From assembly GCA_051546255.1 (NCBI GenBank), contig CP128817.1, positions 496,001-560,000 on the forward strand: a DNA stretch of 64,000 nucleotides, given 5' to 3'. Position 1 is the first letter of the stretch. Each line of letters begins with the position of its first letter. This document shows, piece by piece, positions 54,886-63,949 of the stretch. The translations under genes and the position numbers were made by a program. A model generated the notes under the pieces. It was not told the DNA's origin and ran no database searches. It worked only from the letters and a program-made list of their open reading frames with translations. The stretch comes from Meyerozyma guilliermondii. Taxonomy: Eukaryota.

Positions 54886-54941
54886 TTAAGCATCAAACAC
54901 GTCGCTGCTCAAAGGGCGCGCCATAATTTGAATTTCAAGCT
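54886..54941 (-). other. HAC1 3'UTR bipartite element (Ire1-targeting stem-loop)
   Basis: Minus strand TGGCGCG (54923-54917) and GCGAC (54905-54901), enclosed by a CAAATTAT/GTGTTTG stem. Confidence 0.8.
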
Positions 54942-55059
54942 TCCAATTATCGTAATACCCTCCGATCCAATGTTCACTGAGTTGCGAGTGAAACATTAAC
55001 AAGCCAACCAACCTCATAGTAGAAACTAAATACAACCCAAAACCCAAAAAAATAACCCT

Positions 55060-56239
55060 TCAGAATACCAAATACTCATCAAGATCTCCATTATCTAAGA
55101 AACCGTTATCCACGACTACTTCGTAGTCTTGAAATCTACCCATTAGTATCGACGATATTCCGTCATCTTCCTCAGCCTTGAACTGAAAGTCTTCTTCTTG
55201 AAATGGCACTGCAGACCACCAAGTTGCTAAATACGTGGAATCATTAGCGAAAGCGTGAAATGAAAAAAGTTACTTCGATGCTGTAAACCTGGAGATGAGT
55301 GCTAGGAGAAATTCCACGTATATTAATTTACGGCAAACCACTCCCTAGCGGTCAACCATAAATTAATATACTGCTCCTCACACTATGCGCTATTAGCGAA
55401 ATTCATCTCAGACAAGCAGAGAACTTTAAACCACTTCATCACTCCACAGCTAACGATACCAGATCGTACAACTTAGGATACAAAATCTCTTCTGGATTTT
55501 GTCCCATAACATCAAAAGTAGAAGTTTCAGGTTCATGACTTACCGGAGTGGACACCGGGGATATCGACGATTCATTCTGGTGACTTGGATCATCCAAAGA
55601 GAATGATGGCATATTGGAATCCGATTTTTGTAAGGTCAAATCGATAGGGCTGTTGATTGGGGAATTAATGGAAATGGGCGATAAGTAGTTGAAGTAAGAA
55701 TTATCGCCCTTGTTGACCGACAACAATTCCTTATCGTTGGACTCAGAGTGTTCAGATTTGACAGGAGAATCGTAGCCTGAGGCATCATCCTCTGCAGCCT
55801 CGTGCTCATCTCCTTCAGAATACACTCTTTGTTTTTTGAATGGAGGTTCCACATCAGCAGAAGCTGACCGAGAATTCTCATTATCATCGGAGCCAAAAGT
55901 AGTGCTGCTGAGATTTGCATGTATTTTCTCTTTCAAATCCAGCAAGTTCTCGATTTCATTTATTTCAACGCTCTGAAGCTTGGATTCGTCACAAAGTGGC
56001 ATGATTCTATCCAAGTTTGACTGAAGCTTGAAAAGGTTTTGCTCCAACTTGACGACGTAACTTTCCAAGTACTCCACGTGCTTCCTTTTCTTTTCACGAG
56101 AAGCATGAGCTGCACGTCTGTTCCTGAGAATTCTCTCTACTCTGCGTTGTTCCTTTTCTTCCTTGGTTTTTGCCCTCTTCCTTGGAGGCAAGCTCGACTT
56201 GAGGTTAGATTCCGAGACCGAATCAACAACGTCAGACAT
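55060..56239 (-). CDS. HAC1: bZIP UPR transcription factor; spliced form joins 56239-55492 to 55211-55060 (299 aa); unspliced ORF stops at 55439 (266 aa)
   Basis: LPPRKRAKTKEEKEQRRVERILRNRRAAHASREKKR; the splice gives an in-frame acidic tail NPAVPFQEEDF...DLDEYLVF*. Confidence 0.95.
55212..55491 (-). other. Unconventional Ire1-cleaved intron of HAC1 (280 nt)
   Basis: 5' hairpin ACAAAATC-CAG|AAGA-GATTTTGT; 3' hairpin GGTGGT-CTG|CAGT-GCCATT; both have 7-nt loops of the CNG|NNG type. Confidence 0.9.
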
Positions 56240-56606
56240 GATGAAAAGAATATGGACAGGTGGCTAAGATAAAGGGGTGTAAGCCGAAGATGACGAGGGA
56301 ATGCTCTAGTAAGAACAATAGGATTAACTGTGTAAAACTTTCCTAAAAGAAAGTGGTGAAAAATGAATTTTGGTGCGACTTGGCTGAGTTCTCCTCTTTA
56401 TATTGGCCGAGGAATCCAGATTCGCACGCTCTCCGAAGCCTGCACGCGCTAAAAAAAGAGCTTCGGCATGAGCGCGGCGTGGGCGCAGGCAGAAACACAC
56501 CAATTGCGTCGCCTCCCCTCACCTCACTGCCAAACAGCCCCTAAATTTCCTGCATCGAAGCGGGTGGAATCCGCAAGAAATCGCGAAATGCGCCCCCAAG
56601 CCTCAT

Positions 56607-57223
56607 TACTGCGTTGCTACGACTACACACGATCTCGCCTTTGCACGCCCTGTTGTTGCGTGTATTACTATACACAGGCGGTGATATTGTTTTCTTTTCA
56701 TTGTACACGCGTACTTGTATTTATTTAGAGGCAAGAGCTGTGTCCGATAATGAGCGTGTAGTGAGTAAGCCTCGCCTCTTTGAAAGGCGTTTGCAGCACA
56801 GTACTTCATGTTTATTGAGACTGAAAACTCTGTAAAACACCTGTTTCAAATTGTGTACAGGACCTGTTGCGATTACGCCCCTTCCTAACCAATTGGTCTC
56901 GAATCCGACGCTCATTGAGGTCGCCACTACCCGACTCGGTGGTGGGCCTGCGAAGGGTGCAATATACAGGCTCTGTGTAAATCAAACGTTCTGCACTAGC
57001 ACCGTGCCCTTTCAATTGATCCAGCAAGTTCTGGAGGCGTCATGAGAGTGAACAGAGACTCTTGGACAGAGAAGACGTAAAGTAGACACTGTAGAATTTG
57101 GGTTACTATGCTACTCACTGTATTAATTATAGAGTTATTGGAAAGAAGAATGCCCTTTATTTGCTCCCAGGCTGGCATCTCCAACCTTATTCTCTCGTAC
57201 TTTCTCCGAGCTGCGTCACAAAC
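56607..57223 (+). ncRNA. Candidate structured non-coding RNA, possibly a large H/ACA RNA
   Basis: Many nested helices whose G-U pairs work only on the + strand; AGAGAA (ANANNA), then a closing stem, then ACA+3 nt at the 3' end. Confidence 0.4.
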
Positions 57224-57371
57224 CTAAAAAATCGAATAACTAATTACGCTTTCCATGCTTTAACACAGTGACTTGCAAAGTATGTGCAGTAAGACTTGTA
57301 TTACCTAATCAAAGCGAGTATATTCTCACCTTCAGAGCGAAAACTCGACATCCTAAAAAGAAGGCGGCTCA

Positions 57372-58445
57372 ATGCCCAAGAATACCCTATACGTGACAGG
57401 ATTCTCTAGAGAGTCTAAGGCGGCCGACTTGGCCCCTGAATTTGAAAAGTATGTTATTCCCTCCTAGTTATATTATTTGTCCGCTCGAATCTTCGTTTGA
57501 TCAGCTCCACTGTATTTCATGTCGGCTTTCGATTCCAATCTTCTCCTTCCCAAACTCCTCCTTCACCTCCTCAATCGGAATTTTGCCATCAGAAGTCTTG
57601 TGGTCCCAGACTTGATTTCCCGGAAAATATTATAATGTTATTATCCATTTGCTTCAGACATTAACCAAAGGTATGGAGACCTTGTTCGCCTTGACATCCC
57701 TCCGCCACGAACAGATGACGGTGAAAAATATGCATTTGTCGAGTACAAGGAAGCCGAAGATTGTGAGAAGGCATTGGAATTGAATGGCAAGGTTTTACCT
57801 TATTCCTTAGCAGATGGATTGGTAGTCCAGCTCGCCAGGTCTGACCCATACTCAAATCGTAGAGGTTCGAGAGGTCGTGGAGGCTACGGTCACAGCTATG
57901 GCCGTGGATATCATCCATATGGGGGGCCTTCTGGAGGTAGAGGTGGTTACGGATATCGAGGTAGAGACGATTACTCTTACGAGTACGAATCTGGCCCACG
58001 TCGAGACTACGATTATGCTCCTAGGGGAGGCTATAGAGGCGGCCGTAGAGGTGGATATAGGGGATATGACGACTATGGATATGACGATTATGATGCGGAG
58101 TACCGTGGTCGCCCCAGTCGTTACGGCCCACCGCCAAACGCATTTCGTCTGAGAGGACCTCGTGCTCCCGAGAGAAGTGACCGTGATTACCGTGCAGAAC
58201 GGTCAAGGTCCAGAGAGGACTACGTGGAAGATCGTGGAGAATACCCGGTCCGTAGGGCCTATCGTGATCGCCGAGATTATGCTGGAGACTACCCTGATCG
58301 TGGGGACTACCCAGACCGTGGAGAATACCCAGATCGTCGACCAAGTAGTGAATACTCTGCTCAGAAGTCTAGGGAGAGATATTCTCGCTCTCCTCCACAA
58401 TCCCCCCACGAAAGAGACCGGTCCAGATCACCAGATAGATCATAA
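57372..58445 (+). CDS. SLR1: SR-like RRM protein (S. pombe Srp1 / Candida Slr1 type); exons 57372-57448 and 57671-58445, 283 aa
   Basis: Spliced product MPKNTLYVTGF (RNP2)...FEK|YGDLVRLDIP...YAFVEY (RNP1), then RGG, RD and RS tail. Confidence 0.85.
57449..57670 (+). other. Spliceosomal intron of the SR-like gene (222 nt)
   Basis: GTATGT donor, non-consensus branch CATTAAC at 57659-57665, AAG acceptor; splicing restores the RRM. Confidence 0.8.
58283..58338 (+). repeat. 18-bp coding repeat, (G[DE]YPDR)x3
   Basis: GGAGACTACCCTGATCGT GGGGACTACCCAGACCGT GGAGAATACCCAGATCGT. Confidence 0.8.
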
Positions 58446-58484
58446 TTGTAACTAGTGTCGTATAATAAAATGTACATAAACATT

Positions 58485-60200
58485 CTAATTAGCTGCTCCA
58501 GCAAAGCCGGAGAGCATGCGAAGGCCAGGACTTAGTCCTACACTATTGGTGGCACCTCTATTTGCACTTCTAATACCCGCCTCTCGAAGTGAAAGTAGTA
58601 TGCAATTGAGCACTAATACGTCAGTGTCCACGCTCAACGTACTATCAATGTCCTGATCAGGTAACGACAATCCATCCTGGTAGACTTCAAACTTACCAGA
58701 CTCACTATATTTCTTTGGCAAAAGTGTGGGTGTAACATCGTACACAATTGAGTCTTGAAATGCACCAAAGGGTGGCTTTGACCTGGGAACGTACCTTGCA
58801 GTTTGACTATGTGCGATCGCAAAGTCCAAATGGTTGTCGTCGAGAAGGGGACAGGATGGTTCAGGAAAGGGGTTTCTTAGCCCGGAGTATTGAGGTTCAC
58901 TCTTTGGTGTTGTTGTCTTCTTTTTCATTATAGACCTCAACTCGAATCCTCCTTTCCTTTCGATTACTTTATCACATAATGATGGCTTGTTGCTGTCAAT
59001 GACCATTAGTTTCATTCTGGGGCTGTAGCTGGCAAGGTATCCAGTAGCTAGGGTAGTTCCCACGACACGAAACCGAGTATCTTTGTAATTGAAATCAGCA
59101 AATGGTTTCATGTTGTGCTGAAATACAAGAATTTGAAATTCCTCCTGACCAGCGGGGGTAAAATTAAAAATGTAACGCCTTAGATCTTGGCTATACTTTG
59201 TGTTCACAGTACAATACGTGTAAGTTTCGAAGTCGTTTTCAGGGTTCAAGTCGATCTTTTCGTTATTTTCAGGTGGTTCAGGTATTTCCTTGAATCGCTT
59301 AAATATGATGAATGGAGTACTTCGACGGAAAGATTGCATGTAAGGGACGTAAAATTTCAATAGAGGAAGTCCTTGTCCCTTAATCTTGTAATTTAATGGA
59401 ATTAGGTGCTGTCGCTCATCAATTATGTCTCCATCGTCTACGCTGCTCCTTGACCGACTTGGCTGCATCTTAATACTTCCACCTCTATCATATAGATAGG
59501 TGGAGCTTTTTCGAGACTTTTTCAAATTAGATCTCAACTGTCGAAAAAGCTGAAACGATTCCATTGAAGGAAACACGTACGAATTACCCTTAAAGAGCTC
59601 ACTGGCCAAAATGCATTCTCGCTTGACAGTAAAATTACGCAAAGATTTCGTTAGTATTTTATCCTCGCTGTCTGTTGTATCATTCTCTTCAATGGGCTCG
59701 TCAATCATTGTAGGAAGATCATCGCCAGAGTCAAATGTCAATCCTGCGTCGCCATTGATCACGCCATGATTATTCGAAGCTGGTGCCTGTTCCGATGGAG
59801 ACGTAGCGTCATCCAGAGAGTACTCAGTAGATGCAAACCGCTGTCGCAGGAGTAAGAATGGCAAGTAATGGGTGAAATTATCCAAGTAGGTTTCTTGAAG
59901 ATGCAACCTCGTTCTTTTCTCTTCAAACAATGTTTCGGCCTCTGACAAAGCAACAGATTGCACATCAGCTGATAGAGGATCGACCACCTGATCGGGGTCA
60001 TTATATGGCCGGTGATTTCCGGAAAATGCAAAAACATTTCCTGATAGCAGAGGAGTACTTGGAAAGGAAGTGCCCCTAGGACTGTGTAAAACTTCATAAG
60101 TATTTTCCAGAGGAAAGCTGTAGCTTCTAGTGCGAGTCGCAAGGACTCTCTCTGGAGAAAAATCCTCGCCACTTGACTTTTTACGGAATAGTCGTTTCAT
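58485..60200 (-). CDS. Uncharacterised fungal protein
   Basis: 571-aa ORF with ATG start; family not recognised. Confidence 0.8.
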   Translation of the reverse strand: MKRLFRKKSSGEDFSPERVLATRTRSYSFPLENTYEVLHSPRGTSFPSTPLLSGNVFAFSGNHRPYNDPDQVVDPLSADVQSVALSEAETLFEEKRTRLHLQETYLDNFTHYLPFLLLRQRFASTEYSLDDATSPSEQAPASNNHGVINGDAGLTFDSGDDLPTMIDEPIEENDTTDSEDKILTKSLRNFTVKRECILASELFKGNSYVFPSMESFQLFRQLRSNLKKSRKSSTYLYDRGGSIKMQPSRSRSSVDDGDIIDERQHLIPLNYKIKGQGLPLLKFYVPYMQSFRRSTPFIIFKRFKEIPEPPENNEKIDLNPENDFETYTYCTVNTKYSQDLRRYIFNFTPAGQEEFQILVFQHNMKPFADFNYKDTRFRVVGTTLATGYLASYSPRMKLMVIDSNKPSLCDKVIERKGGFELRSIMKKKTTTPKSEPQYSGLRNPFPEPSCPLLDDNHLDFAIAHSQTARYVPRSKPPFGAFQDSIVYDVTPTLLPKKYSESGKFEVYQDGLSLPDQDIDSTLSVDTDVLVLNCILLSLREAGIRSANRGATNSVGLSPGLRMLSGFAGAAN

Positions 60201-60843
60201 AATTGTAATTTAATAGTCATCAACCAGTCTGGAACAGGGATGGATCCTGCAAATAAGCCACAACGCTACCTGTACAGAATTAGGGTATTGGTAGCAGACG
60301 ACGGTTCTTGACTGTAGAATATCAGCTGCGTCTAGAGATGCAGTATAATGAATGCTCCGAGGAAGTAGTATAGTATTAATTGCAAAGTTTGGATGGAAAT
60401 ACCCACACTGGAGTAAACAATTGGGCTGCTCGCTAATTGTTCTGTGCATATTTACGGTGCCCCGCGCTAGAGATGCGCATTATATAAACCTAGCCACTTG
60501 CTTTAAAATTAGTTGTAGTTAAGTAAATCTTGAGTATGACAAGAGTTGTGAATGAGTATATGCTAATGGAAACACTACAACAAAAATTCTGAATATTGCA
60601 AATTTCAGTATTATTACTAATTCCAATCTCAAAAAAAAAAACCTTTATTTCATGGACCTTAAAATGATCATGATATCAGTCCCTTACACTGCAATACTCT
60701 AATCAGCTTTATCGTACGTATTTTTTGCATAGATATAGCCGTGGATCGTACTCAACACCGCTATATGCAGAGCTTCAATTTTACACTGCATGTAAGCTGT
60801 GGCTTAATAAAGCCATAACCGCTTCCTCCACTTTTCATTTATA

Positions 60844-61527
60844 ATGTCCACCAAACGCCAGTCGTCAAGATTGGCAGCTCAATCGTCAGCCAATGGCACC
60901 ACTGCAACTAACAATGATGTGGAGACTCCCAAAAAGAAACAAAAAACTGACACACCTTTGAAAGAGGAGTCGGAACCAGCAAAGAATGACGTCGCTAAGT
61001 CCCAGGATTTGCAAGTGGGTGACGAAATTCCTGATCTCGTGTTGCTTGATGAAGACGAAAATGAAGTCAATTTGAGAAAGGCAGCCGCAAGCACAAAGTA
61101 CCTAGTAATTTTCGCCTACCCCAAGGCTTCAACTCCTGGTTGCACGAGACAAGTATGCGGATTCCAGAAGAATTTCAAATTCTTGAAAGACTCTAACACA
61201 ACTGTATTTGGTATTTCAAGCGACACCCCCAAGGCTCAGAAAAATTTCATTACCAAGCAGGGCTTGGAGTATTCACTTCTTTCGGACCCGAATAAAAAGT
61301 TGATCGGGCCATTGGGGGCTAAAAAGCTGCCCCTGGGCATTAAACGCTCTCACTGGATCTTTGTGGATTCAGTACTCAGAGTAAAACTGATTGGTATCAG
61401 CCCAGAAATTAGTATCAACTCAGCAAAAGAAGAAATCGAGAATTTCATCAAAAAGGAAAAGCTGAAGGACAATCTGGAGGACGATGTGAAGGAGGAGCTG
61501 AAGGAGGAACAAAAGGAGCTGAAATAA
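60844..61527 (+). CDS. DOT5: Nuclear BCP-type peroxiredoxin
   Basis: FAYPKASTPGCTRQVCGF; basic NLS-like N-terminus. Confidence 0.93.
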   Translation: MSTKRQSSRLAAQSSANGTTATNNDVETPKKKQKTDTPLKEESEPAKNDVAKSQDLQVGDEIPDLVLLDEDENEVNLRKAAASTKYLVIFAYPKASTPGCTRQVCGFQKNFKFLKDSNTTVFGISSDTPKAQKNFITKQGLEYSLLSDPNKKLIGPLGAKKLPLGIKRSHWIFVDSVLRVKLIGISPEISINSAKEEIENFIKKEKLKDNLEDDVKEELKEEQKELK

Positions 61528-61542
61528 TTCTTTAGCCTAAAA

Positions 61543-62982
61543 TTATCGAGAAATAAAACTTATTGAATGCAATAACAAGGAGATTGCTGCGGTAACCTTT
61601 GAGGCCCACCACCAATGCTGAACAACAAACGAGCAGTAAGAAAAATTGAATTCCCACTTGCTGGAAGTTTCGTCGAATTGCCCGGTTAATATTCCAGTTT
61701 GACCATCGAAATCTCCCATCATGGAGCGGACGACAATCTCGCGAACTGGTGCTCTCTGGCTGGCGTTTGGAGTCTTAGATGCTACCCAGTGATCTCCTTC
61801 GAAGTTGTAGTAACTGTCACACCCCTCATGGTCATGTCCTGTAAGGGAAATGCCTGGTTTATCCTCGTTGGGAAAAAGGATACCCAAAGCCTTTTGAGTT
61901 GTTTCGTATGACAAATGGTTTTGGGACCTAAGGTTTCCATTCTTGTACGTCTCTCGCGTATAAGTTTCGTCATAATAAATGTGTTCGGGACCGTCCATAC
62001 AAATGCCTTCTTTCTTGTAAAATGGTATATGGGTCAATAACACGGTACTTCCTTTGAAGGTTGGGTTTTCTCTGTCACGAAGGTTTTCCAAGAATGACCA
62101 AGTATAATCCAAGAATTCTGGCTGAAGAGCTGGGCCCTCGAGAGTCAACGAGTCCAAAACAACCAATCTCCATTCCTGAGGCAGACCCTTATTGTAATTT
62201 ATCACATAGTTGTTTTGCCCAAACAATAAATGAAACCGAGCCATATGCTGCCACGTAGCATCCCCACTGTATCCAATATCATGATTTCCAGTTAAATTGA
62301 TAAAAAGTGGTTCTTTTATTGCAGGTGGTTTGGCAGAGTAATTGTACCAGTCGTATACGTCGTTGTAAACGCGAGAGTTGAATCGTTCAACCGGGTCCAT
62401 GGCCTTTTCCCGGTCATGAAAACCCATCCAATCGTAGTCTTCATGTTTGGCGTGTGTTTCCAACACATTTTGCTTATATTCGGGCAATCTTGTGAACAAA
62501 CGCTCAACGAATCTGTACGTTCTGTTGTAGAATTCAGAGTCCAAAATCCATTGCGACGAAAAGAGATCTCCCATGACTGCAACGTAGTCCGGTTCGAGAC
62601 GATTTTTCATCGTTTTGTAAATGTGGCCCAAATAATAGTCGTTTCCATAATTGTCCAAACGCTTGATGTATTTAGTCAGTGCCCAGTTTCCATTGATTTG
62701 TGGATCTCCGAACGCCAACAACTTGATGTCTCGGATATTGGAGTATGGCTCTTCTTCCTTGGGAGTTCTGAGGGACGGAAAATTCAGCAAAACGTAGTCA
62801 CGCCATGGAGATGGAATCTTATTCAAGTAACTGTGTTTGCTAGTCAATGGGGCTTGATTGTGCCAATTACACTGACCCGGGGCGTTGAGAATATCTGGAT
62901 AGAAATACACAAATGCATTGAGGGCAACAGCAACGATGGTAACCACCCATTTCAACGAGCCCCATATCCTGGACCCTGTCAT
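61543..62982 (-). CDS. TED1: ER metallophosphoesterase, GPI remodelling
   Basis: FGDPQI, GDLFSSQWI, TGNHDIGY, LLTHIP, TGHDHEGC; N- and C-terminal TM segments. Confidence 0.9.
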   Translation of the reverse strand: MTGSRIWGSLKWVVTIVAVALNAFVYFYPDILNAPGQCNWHNQAPLTSKHSYLNKIPSPWRDYVLLNFPSLRTPKEEEPYSNIRDIKLLAFGDPQINGNWALTKYIKRLDNYGNDYYLGHIYKTMKNRLEPDYVAVMGDLFSSQWILDSEFYNRTYRFVERLFTRLPEYKQNVLETHAKHEDYDWMGFHDREKAMDPVERFNSRVYNDVYDWYNYSAKPPAIKEPLFINLTGNHDIGYSGDATWQHMARFHLLFGQNNYVINYNKGLPQEWRLVVLDSLTLEGPALQPEFLDYTWSFLENLRDRENPTFKGSTVLLTHIPFYKKEGICMDGPEHIYYDETYTRETYKNGNLRSQNHLSYETTQKALGILFPNEDKPGISLTGHDHEGCDSYYNFEGDHWVASKTPNASQRAPVREIVVRSMMGDFDGQTGILTGQFDETSSKWEFNFSYCSFVVQHWWWASKVTAAISLLLHSISFISR

Positions 62983-63159
62983 GATTTGAGTAAACTATAA
63001 AAATGCGACCAGATTTTAAGGTGATTTAGTAGGGCATACAGGGAAGAGTATAGAGATTAAACGATTCGGCTACAATATTCAACAAATAATCATTCTATGA
63101 CGTTTCTACATGAATGAGTAAACCTGTGGCAACCGACAACAAAATGCAATGCGGGTGGA

Positions 63160-63777
63160 TTACAAGGCTTCACTCAAAGTAGCGTTCAACTTGGCAACCT
63201 TCAGGGAGATGGACAAGTCAACAGTTTTGTCTCCCACTTCAACTACTAAACCTCCCAAAATTTCAGGGTTGACTTCATTGGCAACCTTCAAAGTCTTGCC
63301 GTCTCCCACAAAGGATGATTTGGTGATGGCAGTCTGCAATCTTTTCAAGATCTTGGAGTCCAAAGGCTTGGCTGAGGTGATGGTGGCTTCCACGATACCC
63401 TGTTCTGCGTCGTTCAATTGACCGAACTTGGTGTAGATGGACTTGAACTCACTCAATCTGTTGTTGTCTGACAACACGGTCAAGAAGTTGGTGACAGTTT
63501 TGTCCAACTTCAACGACGAAGCAATTGTATCGATCACAACCTTTCTGTCGTCACTCGACAAGGCAGGGTTGTTCAAGAATTGGTTGACCTTGGCATCCGT
63601 TTCGATCAAGTCGTTCACTTTGGTCAATGCTTGGTAACTCTTTTCGACAGAGGAGTCTTCCACAGAAGCACGGTATAAGGCAGTAGCATAAGTACCATCG
63701 ACGCCAAACAATTGCACTGGAGGCTTGATGGCCTTAGTGGCCGATGCCATCGAACGCACAAACATACGGGACATCAT
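63160..63777 (-). CDS. ATP5: ATP synthase OSCP (subunit 5)
   Basis: KPPVQLFGVDGTYATALY, VNPEILGGLVVEVGDKTVDLS. Confidence 0.97.
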   Translation of the reverse strand: MMSRMFVRSMASATKAIKPPVQLFGVDGTYATALYRASVEDSSVEKSYQALTKVNDLIETDAKVNQFLNNPALSSDDRKVVIDTIASSLKLDKTVTNFLTVLSDNNRLSEFKSIYTKFGQLNDAEQGIVEATITSAKPLDSKILKRLQTAITKSSFVGDGKTLKVANEVNPEILGGLVVEVGDKTVDLSISLKVAKLNATLSEAL

Positions 63778-63949
63778 TTTTTGTATGAGATGGTGCTATA
63801 GGATGTCTACTTTGAAAGCCGACCAATTCGCGAATATTACTGGACGAGCATCGTTCTGTGTCTTACCCAGCATCAGTTTTCGCGCGCGTAATATCGGTAC
63901 TGACAATTTTTCTCACCAATTTGGTCTTGCGTGAGAAACAGGATCGCTG

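Noticed and set aside
56619..56632. ACGACTACACACGA as a possible telomerase template
   Set aside because: Predicted to be paired with 56756-56762, and it does not match the ACTGGTGT repeat I recall for M. guilliermondii
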